Below, piece after piece: positions 10,043 to 18,616 of a stretch of 64,000 nucleotides of DNA. The notes under the pieces were generated by a model that saw nothing but the letters and a program-made list of their open reading frames with translations, was not told the DNA's origin and did no database searches. This DNA is from Candidatus Latescibacterota bacterium. Lineage in GTDB: Bacteria; Latescibacterota; UBA2968; UBA8231. A program made the position numbers and the translations under genes. The first letter of the stretch is position 1; the number at the start of each line of letters is the position of its first letter. The stretch spans positions 4,608,001 to 4,672,000 of the forward strand of contig CBDCDC010000002.1 of NCBI GenBank assembly GCA_965215195.1. The letters run 5' to 3'.

Positions 10043-10420
10043 GTGAACGCCCGCCAAACGGTCGAGACCTACTTCGCCGCATTGACAACCGGCCATGCCG
10101 ACCGACTCATAGACCTCATCTCTCCAGCCGATCACTTTGTCAAGATCGGCACTGAACCGGGGGAATACATTGAGGGCGGTGGGCGCGCTGCCCAGTACTA
10201 CTACCACCACGTCGCCAGTACCCGAGATTTCACCATCGACACAGAGCACCTCGACGTGCAGGAGCGCGATTCGGTGGCTTGGTTCTACACCCGGCAGCAG
10301 TGGCGGCTCAAATGGCAAGGCCAGTGCGAGGAACTAGCTCTGCGCTTGACGGGCGTATTGGAGCGGGAAGCGGGTGAATGGAAGTTCGCGCAGATCCACG
10401 CTTCCATAGGGGTGGTCTAG
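10043..10420 (+). CDS. NTF2-like / SnoaL family protein
   Basis: AAGGAG RBS, GTG start; IGTEPGE and RLTGVLE..GEWKFAQIHAS. Confidence 0.8.
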   Translation: MNARQTVETYFAALTTGHADRLIDLISPADHFVKIGTEPGEYIEGGGRAAQYYYHHVASTRDFTIDTEHLDVQERDSVAWFYTRQQWRLKWQGQCEELALRLTGVLEREAGEWKFAQIHASIGVV

Positions 10421-10530
10421 CGCGGCCGCGTCTATTCGGAGGAAAGACGCTAAATACACGACATTACTTTATCTGTACGTGGAACTTCAGCTATCGGCGC
10501 GGCGTTCAAACGCAGTTGAAGGAGGGCTTC

Positions 10531-11754
10531 ATGCTGTACCGCATCGCCGCTATCGGCTTCATTTTTGCCTGCACGGCCATCGCTTGGATCATCTTGGCGC
10601 AGGTCGTCTCCCATCGCACCCACCAGCAAGATACCAAGCTCAAAGCCGCGGTGGGCCAATTGTGGGGCACTCCCCAATCCCAGCACGCCCCGCTCCTGTA
10701 TTGGACCACCGAGGAAACCGTCGTCAAACAGGCCCCCGATGGCCAAACGACAGAGCACGCTAGGGAGCGGCGGCATCTCCTGCCTCTAGAAGCCAGCCGC
10801 CTACAAGTCGATCTCCACCTCGAACACCGCCGCAAGGGTCTGCTGTGGTACGCCACCTACCAAGTGGAACTGGACGCCATCTATAACGCGACCAACGCGA
10901 CCGACCGCCCCCTCGACCTGACCTTCGATCTGGCCCTGCCTACTTCCCAAGCTGTGTACGATGATTTCGCCCTGTCTATCGACGGCCAACCCATCGCTCC
11001 GCTGCCTTTAGCGGAAGGGCACTTGCAACAGCCGTTGCACCTAGCGCCGGGTCAGAGCCGCCAGATCCGTCTTTCCTATCAATCGCAGGGGTTGGAAGAG
11101 TGGGGATACCGCTTCGGCGACTACGTCGAGCAAGTCTCCGACTTTGAGTTGACCATGCACACGAATTTTGACGCCATTGACTTCCCGCGTCAAAGCCTGT
11201 CGCCCACCCACAAGGAGCGCACCGCCGATGGCTGGCGTCTCACTTGGCAGTACGACCGCTTGCTCACTGGGGCCTCCCTCGGCATGGTCATGCCCGCCCG
11301 CCTCAACCCAGGTCCTTGGGTAAAAGACGTGACCCTCGCCGCGCCCATATCCCTTTTTCTCTTTTTCTTTTTTCTCTTCGTCTTTTCCGCGGTCAAAGGC
11401 ATCGACATCCATCCTGTGAATTACTTCTTCATTGGCGCGGCCTTTTTCAGCTTTCACTTGCTTTTGGCCTATTTAGCCGACCACTTACTCATCCACTACG
11501 CCTTTTTGGTGGCTGCGGCCGTGTCTGTTTTCTTGGTCGTCTCCTACATGCGGCTGGTGGTTGGCCTGCGACTGGCCTTGGTGGAGATAGGCTTGGCCCA
11601 ATTCATCTACTTGGTGCTCTTCTCCTACACCTTCTTCTTCGATGGCTATACCGGCTTGGCCATCACCGTCCTGTGCATCGCCACCCTTTTCGCCGCCATG
11701 CAGCTTACCGGCCGGATGAACTGGTCGGCCGCGTTTGCCCAGAAGTCCGACTAG
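10531..11754 (+). CDS. creD: Inner membrane CreD family protein
   Basis: AAGGAGG RBS; N-terminal TM, RRKGLLWY, periplasmic domain, six C-terminal TMs with IHPVNY and LLAYLADH. Confidence 0.75.
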   Translation: MLYRIAAIGFIFACTAIAWIILAQVVSHRTHQQDTKLKAAVGQLWGTPQSQHAPLLYWTTEETVVKQAPDGQTTEHARERRHLLPLEASRLQVDLHLEHRRKGLLWYATYQVELDAIYNATNATDRPLDLTFDLALPTSQAVYDDFALSIDGQPIAPLPLAEGHLQQPLHLAPGQSRQIRLSYQSQGLEEWGYRFGDYVEQVSDFELTMHTNFDAIDFPRQSLSPTHKERTADGWRLTWQYDRLLTGASLGMVMPARLNPGPWVKDVTLAAPISLFLFFFFLFVFSAVKGIDIHPVNYFFIGAAFFSFHLLLAYLADHLLIHYAFLVAAAVSVFLVVSYMRLVVGLRLALVEIGLAQFIYLVLFSYTFFFDGYTGLAITVLCIATLFAAMQLTGRMNWSAAFAQKSD

Positions 11755-11810
11755 TCGCCCGCAACCGCGCCGGCACTCCCACCGCGACACACCACTCCGG
11801 CCTCGGCCAT
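11719..11810 (+). repeat. Degenerate direct copy of the creD/phyH junction (left border of NHL cassette); partner 17633-17731
   Basis: Blocks GCAACCGCGCCGGCAC, TCCCACCGCGACACACCAC and CCGGCCTCGGCCAT recur at 17659, 17686 and 17718 in the phyH 3' end. Confidence 0.8.
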
Positions 11811-11982
11811 CCCTGCAACGGACTCGAACGCACCGCATCTCGCTCATAGCCTAGGGACTCTTCGCCCCTCAACGAGGGCACCCCACTCTCCAAACCCCTC
11901 GCCGCCAAGGTCGATCAACGCCCCTCAATGCGGATTTTAAGGCAAGTGGTCTCACCAATGGCGAGAAATCGCTTGAGGATTT

Positions 11983-12675
11983 ATGTTAATCGGCCGCAAC
12001 AACCTTACGACCCCGACCGACGGTCTTGACACCGGCGAGTTTTCCGATGTTGACATCGTCCTCAACGACGCCCGACAATGGACGATTGGCACCTCTAGCT
12101 GCGGGACAGATTCCGATACCGATAAGGATGTACAGAGCGTTGTGACCCACGAATTGGGCCATGCCCTCGGTCTGGGCCATTCTACCGGCCAAAACGCGAT
12201 GACCTCCAGTGCTGACTGGTGTGCTAACCAAGTTTCTCGCAACGCTTATGAGAACGAGAACGCTCAGCGGACGGTCACGGGCAATGATCGGGCTGGCTAC
12301 CAGTATATTTACGTAGGCCCCAACAGCGTCCGCACTCTGTTTGGTGGTGATGGTCAAAGTTCAAAGATCGTAGTCGGCGATGACCCCAAAGAGAGCGGCG
12401 TTACACAGGCGAGCGTTTTCCCCAATCCGTTCAATGCCGCCGTCACCGTCGCCTTCCGCTTGGCGCATTCGGCATCCGTAGCGGTGCGTATCTACAATGA
12501 ATTGGGACAGCAAGTGCAGGTGCTGGCCGCAGAGGCACGGCGTCCGGCGGGTTCCTACCAATTCGTCTGGGATGGTCGCGACGAGACTGGCCAGTTCCAA
12601 GCGTCGGGCACGTATCTGCTGGTGCTCTCGGTCGATGGGGCTATCGAGACGCACAAGCTGACGCTGCTGCACTGA
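11983..12675 (+). pseudogene. Matrixin-like (M10) zinc metalloprotease C-terminal part with FlgD-Ig tail, probably 5'-truncated
   Basis: HELGHALGLGH zinc motif and NAMT Met-turn; no signal peptide or N-terminal half; FPNPFN tail near-identical to downstream genes. Confidence 0.6.
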
Positions 12676-12689
12676 CGGGAGGGGCCGCC

Positions 12690-14249
12690 ATGCTTGCTAG
12701 GCATCGGCTTGGGGTGCTCATCGCCGTATTGGGGCTGCTGTCTCTAAGGCTGCCTCTGTGGGCACTGCCGCCGTGTGGTGCTCCGGGCACCATCACGACG
12801 GTAACCGCCCCCGATGGCGATTACTTGGCCGCCTTTGGCGACTATAAGAGCTACCAACCCTTGGGTTTGGCGTTAGGGCCAGAGGGGCGCGTCTATGTGT
12901 CCGATGGCTCGCTGATCTACCGCCTCGAAGCCGATGGCACGGCCACCCGCATCGTCGGGGTGCCGCAGACCCGCAAGGAACGAAGGGACAATGTCTTACA
13001 AGACAGCATCGCGGCCCTAGAGGCCCGCATTGCGCCGGGCGCGATGACCTTTGACCGGCAAGGGCGGCTCTACTTTGTCGATCATGTCAACTGGGCGTGG
13101 TCCGATGGAGGAAGACGGAGGCTGTCGCGCATCGCACGTCTGGACGCCGATGGGCAGGTGGTCACCTTCGCTGGCGGCGAGTATGGCTCCGGCGGCGATG
13201 GCGGTCCAGCGAAAGAGGCGCAGTTTGGCCTCATAAGTTCGCTGGTGTTCGATCTTGAAGGCCACCTGTTGGTTGCCGGCAGCGGGGGGATCCGGCGCAT
13301 TGATGGGCAAGGGATGGTCTCTACGCTAGTGAAAGCCGAGTCGGTAACGGCCTTGATCATGGATGAGCAAGGGAGGCTGTATTTTACGCGGGGCAATCAG
13401 GTCTTTCGCCGGTCGGCCGACGGTGTCATTGACGTCGTGGCCGGTTCGGGGAGGGACCCGGATAGCCTCGTCGTGGAAGGCGGCCGGTATTACTTTGGGG
13501 CCGAAGGACGACTGGCGACTGAAGCCCCCTTCTACTTCCCAGCGGACCTAGTGATTGACGAACAGGATGCCCTGTATATTGCCAATTTTAATTTCCACCG
13601 CATTCATCGGGTCCGGCCGGCCGGCATCATCGAAACCATCGCCGGCACTGGACGAGATTACTTTTCTGTTCGAGGCTGTGCGGCTGTTGAGAAACGGGTG
13701 GTCGCTGGAAAGCGGTTGTCGGAGCATCGCTGCCAAGACCATATCGGCGACGGCGGTCCGGCCTTGGAGGCCCCGATTTGGTGGCCTTTTCGCCTGCTGT
13801 TGACGCCCGAAGGCGATCTTCTAGTCTTGATGCTGGAGTCTTTTCGGAGCATCTATTGGGGCGGCGAGGAGTTTTCGCAGTTGCGCCGCATCTGTGGGGT
13901 GCGCGAGCGGGGAGTGCCCACAGCCGTCGAGGCGGTTGAGGAGCAGGCGTCGGCGAGCCTTGCTGAGGAGGCGTTGCCTGCCCTGCGTCTGTATCCCAAT
14001 CCGTTCAATCCAGAAGTCACCGTCGCCTTCGACTTGGGGCATTCGGCATCCGTAGCGGTGCGTATCTACAATGAATTGGGGCAGCAGGTGCGGGTGTTGG
14101 CCACAGAAGCACGGCGTCCGGCGGGTTCCTACCAATTCGTCTGGGACGGGCGCGACGAGACTGGCCAGTTCCAAGCGTCGGGCACGTATCTGTTGGTGCT
14201 TTTGGTCGATGGGACTATCGAGACGCACAAGCTGACGCTGCTGCACTGA
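12690..14249 (+). CDS. Secreted NHL-repeat (teneurin-like) beta-propeller protein with FlgD-Ig tail, copy 1
   Basis: Signal peptide; GDGGPA, LYIAN..HRIHRV..GIIETIAG repeats; YPNPFN tail. Confidence 0.85.
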   Translation: MLARHRLGVLIAVLGLLSLRLPLWALPPCGAPGTITTVTAPDGDYLAAFGDYKSYQPLGLALGPEGRVYVSDGSLIYRLEADGTATRIVGVPQTRKERRDNVLQDSIAALEARIAPGAMTFDRQGRLYFVDHVNWAWSDGGRRRLSRIARLDADGQVVTFAGGEYGSGGDGGPAKEAQFGLISSLVFDLEGHLLVAGSGGIRRIDGQGMVSTLVKAESVTALIMDEQGRLYFTRGNQVFRRSADGVIDVVAGSGRDPDSLVVEGGRYYFGAEGRLATEAPFYFPADLVIDEQDALYIANFNFHRIHRVRPAGIIETIAGTGRDYFSVRGCAAVEKRVVAGKRLSEHRCQDHIGDGGPALEAPIWWPFRLLLTPEGDLLVLMLESFRSIYWGGEEFSQLRRICGVRERGVPTAVEAVEEQASASLAEEALPALRLYPNPFNPEVTVAFDLGHSASVAVRIYNELGQQVRVLATEARRPAGSYQFVWDGRDETGQFQASGTYLLVLLVDGTIETHKLTLLH

Positions 14250-14263
14250 GGCGAGGGGCCACC

Positions 14264-15913
14264 ATGATTCTTGAACATCGGCACTATGCCGTCCGCGCCT
14301 TGTTGGGACTGCTGCCCTTGGCAGCCCCGCTTTGGGCGCTGCCGCCGTGTGGAGCACCCGGCACCATCACCACCGTGACCGCCCCCGATGGCGATTACCT
14401 CGCCGCCTTCAGCGATTACACGATCTACCCGCCGATACAGTACGGAACCGTACAGGGCCCTACCGACTTGATCGCCGCGCCGGAGTACCGCAGCTACTAT
14501 CCGCAGGATTTGGCCGTAGGCCCCCAAGGGCGCATCTACGTAGCCGACCAAACGATCATCTACCGGCTCGAAGCCGATGGTACGGCTACGCGCATCGTCG
14601 GCGTACCGCAGTATAGCATTTTCTACACCGAGGATGACTATGACTACGCCAGCCATCCCCTCGGATACGATGAGTTGCATACTTCTCAGCCCCCTGTGTT
14701 GCAGCGTTTCAATGTCTTGGCCGACACCGTCGCGGCGTTGGATGCCCGCATTGCGCCGGGGGCGATGGCCTTTGACCGGCACGGCCGGCTCTACTTTGTC
14801 GATTATGTCAACCGGAGGCGGACCGAAGAACGATTGCCGACGCTGGTGCGCATCGCACGGTTGGACGCCGATGGGCAGGTGGTCACCTTTGCCGGTCCGT
14901 TTGAGGAGACCATCATAAATTCGCTGGTGTTCGATCCGGAGGGCCATCTGCTCTTTTCGGGCAATACGGGCATTCGGCGCATTGATGCCCAAGGGGAAAT
15001 CACCACGTTAGTGGAGATGCCTTGGGTAGGATCGTTGAGCGTGGATGCCCAAGGGGTGCTGTATTTTGGGACGAGGACTCAGGTCTTCCGCCGCCCAGCC
15101 GATGGGCGGATCGAACACGTAGCCGGTTCGGGGGAGGATAGGTTCGTCGGCGAGGAGTTCGACGGCAAATGGCGTCGGCACTTTGGGGCCGAAGGAAGGC
15201 CGGCGACCGAAGCCGTTGTAGACTTCCTAGCCAGCATCGCTATCGACCCACAGGGCAGCTTGTATATTGCCAATTTCTATTTCCACCGCATTCATCGGGT
15301 GGGTCCCGACGGCCTCATCGAAACCATCGCCGGCAACGGACTGGATTCTAGTTTTTCACTAGGCTGTAATAACGATCCGAAGGAGGTGGCAGAACACTGC
15401 CGCGACCACATCGGCGATGGCGGTCCGGCGCTGGAGGCTCCGATCTGGCATCCTGAGCGTCTGCTGCTGACGCCTGCGGGCGATCTGTTAGTCACGATGC
15501 CGGTGGAGAGTATTATGGGGTGGACCGGAGGGGTGTTTTCGCATTTGCGCCGCATCTGTGGGGTCAGCGAGGGGGGAGTGCCCACAGCCGTTGAGGCGGT
15601 TGAGGAAGCCCCCGAGGCGAGCGTCTCGGAAGAAGCGTTTCCTGCTCTGCGCCTGTATCCCAATCCTTTCAACGCCGCCGTCACCGTCGCCTTCGACTTG
15701 GCGCATTCGGCGTCCGTGTCGGTGCGTATCTACAATGAGCTGGGGCAGCTAGTGCGGGTGTTGGCCGCAGAGGCACGGCGTCCGGCGGGTTCCTACCAAT
15801 TCGTCTGGGACGGTCGCGACGAGACTGGCCAGTTCCAAGCGTCGGGCACGTATCTGTTGGTACTTTCGGTCGATGGGGCTATCGAGACGCACAAGCTGAC
15901 GCTGCTGCACTGA
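14264..15913 (+). CDS. Secreted NHL-repeat protein with FlgD-Ig tail, copy 2
   Basis: Paralog of 12690..14249 with the same architecture. Confidence 0.85.
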   Translation: MILEHRHYAVRALLGLLPLAAPLWALPPCGAPGTITTVTAPDGDYLAAFSDYTIYPPIQYGTVQGPTDLIAAPEYRSYYPQDLAVGPQGRIYVADQTIIYRLEADGTATRIVGVPQYSIFYTEDDYDYASHPLGYDELHTSQPPVLQRFNVLADTVAALDARIAPGAMAFDRHGRLYFVDYVNRRRTEERLPTLVRIARLDADGQVVTFAGPFEETIINSLVFDPEGHLLFSGNTGIRRIDAQGEITTLVEMPWVGSLSVDAQGVLYFGTRTQVFRRPADGRIEHVAGSGEDRFVGEEFDGKWRRHFGAEGRPATEAVVDFLASIAIDPQGSLYIANFYFHRIHRVGPDGLIETIAGNGLDSSFSLGCNNDPKEVAEHCRDHIGDGGPALEAPIWHPERLLLTPAGDLLVTMPVESIMGWTGGVFSHLRRICGVSEGGVPTAVEAVEEAPEASVSEEAFPALRLYPNPFNAAVTVAFDLAHSASVSVRIYNELGQLVRVLAAEARRPAGSYQFVWDGRDETGQFQASGTYLLVLSVDGAIETHKLTLLH

Positions 15914-15926
15914 CGGGGGGAAAGCC

Positions 15927-17579
15927 ATGCTTAGGCATAGGTGGGGCGTTCTCATCGCCGTTTTGGGGCTCCTGCTCCTTGAGGCCCCGCTGTGGGCACT
16001 GCCGCCGTGTGGTGCGCCAGGCACCATCACTACGATCACCGCCCCGGATGGCGACCACTTAGCGGCCTTTAGCGACTACACGATCTACCCGCCGGAGCAC
16101 CTAAACGTAGGAGGCGGTGTGGACTTGGTCGCCCGGCCGGACTACCGCAGTTACTATCCGCAGGCGTTGGTCTTAGGTCCGCAAGGGCGCGTCTATGTGG
16201 CCGACCAGACGATCATCTATCGGCTCGAAGCCGATGGCACGGCTACGCGCATCGTCGGCGTACCGCAGTATTCCTTCCTAGTAAGCGAAAGCGACGAGGA
16301 AACTTGGCGGTCCCCTCTGTTGCAGCGCACGAATGTCGTGGAGGACACGGTCGCGGCGTTGGACGCTCGCATTGGACCGGGGGCGATGGCCTTCGATGAG
16401 CACGGCCGGCTCTACTTTGTCGATTATGTCAATTCGGTGTGGTCCGGCGGTAAGCGGAGCAAAGTCCGCATAGCACGTTTAGAGGCGGATGGGCAGGTAG
16501 TCACCTTTGCCGGCACCGGCGAAATCGGTTCCAGCGGCGATGGTGGACCGGCCAGAGAGGCGCAGTTTGGCGTCATCGGTTCGCTGGTGTTTGATCGGGC
16601 AGGCAATTTGCTAGTCGCCGGTACGGGAGGTATCCGGCGCATTGATGGCCAAGGAGTCGTCTCCACGCTGCTGGAAGCAGACTCGGTACGGGAACTGATC
16701 ATGGATGGCCAAGGGGTACTGTATTTTTCGCTGGGACATCAGGTCTTCCGCCGGTTGGCCAATGGCGCGATCGAACACGTGGCCGGGTCGGGAGTGGACC
16801 CGGATAGGGCTGTTGGCGAGGAGTTCGAGGGCGGGTGGCGTTATTATTTTAGTGCCGATGGCCAGCCGGCGACCGAAGCGTCCCTAGGCTTGCCAGCGGG
16901 CCTGGCTATCGACGAACAGGGTTCCCTGTATATTGCTAATTACTATTTCAATCGCATTCATCGGGTTCGGCCAGACGGCATCATTGAAACCATCGCTGGC
17001 AACGGACTAGATTCTCGTTATTTACGAGGCTGTGAAGCCCCCGGAAAGCGGGTGGCGGGGCATCGCTGCCAAGACCATATCGGCGATGGCGGTCCGGCCT
17101 TGGAGGCTACGATCTGGCGGCCTTGGTTTATGCTCTTTACCCAAGAGGGCGATCTCTTAGTCACTATGTTGCACGGGGGCTATACATGGGAAGGAGGAGC
17201 ATTTTCTCAGCTACGCCGCATCTGTCGGGTGAGCGAGTGGATGGTGCCCACATCAGTCACGGCCGTCGAGGCGCAGGCGTCGGCGAGCCTTGCTGAGGAG
17301 GCGTTGCCTTCCCTGCGTCTGTATCCCAATCCGTTCAACGCCGCCGTTACCATCGCCTTCGACTTGGCGCATTCGGCGTCCGTAGCGGTGCGTATCTACA
17401 ATGATCTAGGGCAGCAGGTGCGGGTGTTGGCCGCAGAGGCTGTGCGTCCGGCGGGTTCCTACCAATTCGTCTGGGACGGGCGCGACGAGACTGGCCAGTT
17501 CCAAGCGTCGGGCACGTATCTGTTGGTACTCTCGGTCGATGGGGCTATCGAGACGCACAAGCTAACGCTGCTGCACTGA
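15927..17579 (+). CDS. Secreted NHL-repeat protein with FlgD-Ig tail, copy 3
   Basis: Paralog of copies 1 and 2. Confidence 0.85.
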   Translation: MLRHRWGVLIAVLGLLLLEAPLWALPPCGAPGTITTITAPDGDHLAAFSDYTIYPPEHLNVGGGVDLVARPDYRSYYPQALVLGPQGRVYVADQTIIYRLEADGTATRIVGVPQYSFLVSESDEETWRSPLLQRTNVVEDTVAALDARIGPGAMAFDEHGRLYFVDYVNSVWSGGKRSKVRIARLEADGQVVTFAGTGEIGSSGDGGPAREAQFGVIGSLVFDRAGNLLVAGTGGIRRIDGQGVVSTLLEADSVRELIMDGQGVLYFSLGHQVFRRLANGAIEHVAGSGVDPDRAVGEEFEGGWRYYFSADGQPATEASLGLPAGLAIDEQGSLYIANYYFNRIHRVRPDGIIETIAGNGLDSRYLRGCEAPGKRVAGHRCQDHIGDGGPALEATIWRPWFMLFTQEGDLLVTMLHGGYTWEGGAFSQLRRICRVSEWMVPTSVTAVEAQASASLAEEALPSLRLYPNPFNAAVTIAFDLAHSASVAVRIYNDLGQQVRVLAAEAVRPAGSYQFVWDGRDETGQFQASGTYLLVLSVDGAIETHKLTLLH

Positions 17580-17593
17580 CGGGAGGGGCCGCC

Positions 17594-17629
17594 ATGATTC
17601 TTGGGCATTGGCTCGGAGTAATTGCGTAG
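17594..17629 (+). pseudogene. Stump of a fourth NHL copy (MILGHWLGVIA*)
   Basis: Same CGGGAGGGGCCGCCATG linker as 12676-12692; signal-peptide start like copies 1-3, then stop. Confidence 0.7.
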
Positions 17630-17644
17630 CTCAACTGTGGCCGC

Positions 17645-18529
17645 CTATCCCGTCACCTGCAACCGCGCCGGCACGCCCACCGGCATCCCACCGCGACACA
17701 CCACCGGAAAGTGCGGGCCGGCCTCGGCCATGGGCGCGTCGTCGGGCAAATCCACGAACTGCTTCATCAGGTGCTCGCCACTTTGGTCGAAGCGCGCTGC
17801 GCCAGTCATGTAGTGAATGGCAATGGCGCGCCGAGGCCGGTGCGACTGATTAAACGGCGAACCGTGCCAAGTCAGGGAATGGTGGAAGGAGACCTCCCCG
17901 CGCATCACTGGGCACGGCCGGGCCTCGACCTCGCGGATCTCGGCGTCGGCTGGCGGGGTAAAGCCCCGTAAGTCCTTAAAGTTTTCCAACAGGGACAAAT
18001 CCCCCTGCGTGCGCAAAAATGCAATCTGGTTGCCCCACTTGTGGCTGCCGGGCACCATCCACATGCAGCCGTTGTCCTCGGTCGCGTCGTCCAAGGGAAT
18101 CCACGCCGACACCGGCGTCATCGGCTTGATGATCGGCCACAAGGGCGCGTCTTGGTGCCAGTGGGTCGAGCCGCCGTAGCGGGCAGGTTTGTACTGGATC
18201 TGGTCGTGCCAGACTTGGAGGTCGGCATGGCCGGTAAGCTGGCTGATCCCGCGGACGACAGCCGGGTGGTAAATCAGCCGCTCCCAAGCGGGCGCGGCCT
18301 CCCAGATATTGACGATCTGCCACACTGGATGCTCGCTGACGCCGCCCCCGCCGGCTAGGTCGCGGAAGGATACTGGCTGCGCCTCACCGGAGGCAAAGCC
18401 GTCCGGGCCTTTGGCCAAAATTGCGTCAAGCGCGTCGCTCAATTCGCCGAGTTCCTCGTCGGAGAGCACGCGCCCGCCGTTGAGAAAGCCGTTGCGATGG
18501 AATTCGTCGATCTGTACTTGCGTGAGCAT
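17645..18529 (-). CDS. Phytanoyl-CoA dioxygenase (PhyH) family Fe/2OG oxygenase
   Basis: WHQD, WIPLDDATEDNGCMWMVPGSH, FHHSLTWHGS..N....RR. Confidence 0.92.
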   Translation of the reverse strand: MLTQVQIDEFHRNGFLNGGRVLSDEELGELSDALDAILAKGPDGFASGEAQPVSFRDLAGGGGVSEHPVWQIVNIWEAAPAWERLIYHPAVVRGISQLTGHADLQVWHDQIQYKPARYGGSTHWHQDAPLWPIIKPMTPVSAWIPLDDATEDNGCMWMVPGSHKWGNQIAFLRTQGDLSLLENFKDLRGFTPPADAEIREVEARPCPVMRGEVSFHHSLTWHGSPFNQSHRPRRAIAIHYMTGAARFDQSGEHLMKQFVDLPDDAPMAEAGPHFPVVCRGGMPVGVPARLQVTG

Positions 18530-18616
18530 GGGATTCTTCTCGGTATGTAGGGTCGTTTAGACCAGCGTAGAGACTGGCCTATGGGGGTGGTGGCACTGAG
18601 CGGAGACTGGCCCCTG

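Noticed and set aside
12690-17579. Diversity-generating retroelement acting on the NHL genes
   Set aside because: No reverse transcriptase in the window, and differences are indel-rich blocks rather than adenine-specific substitutions.
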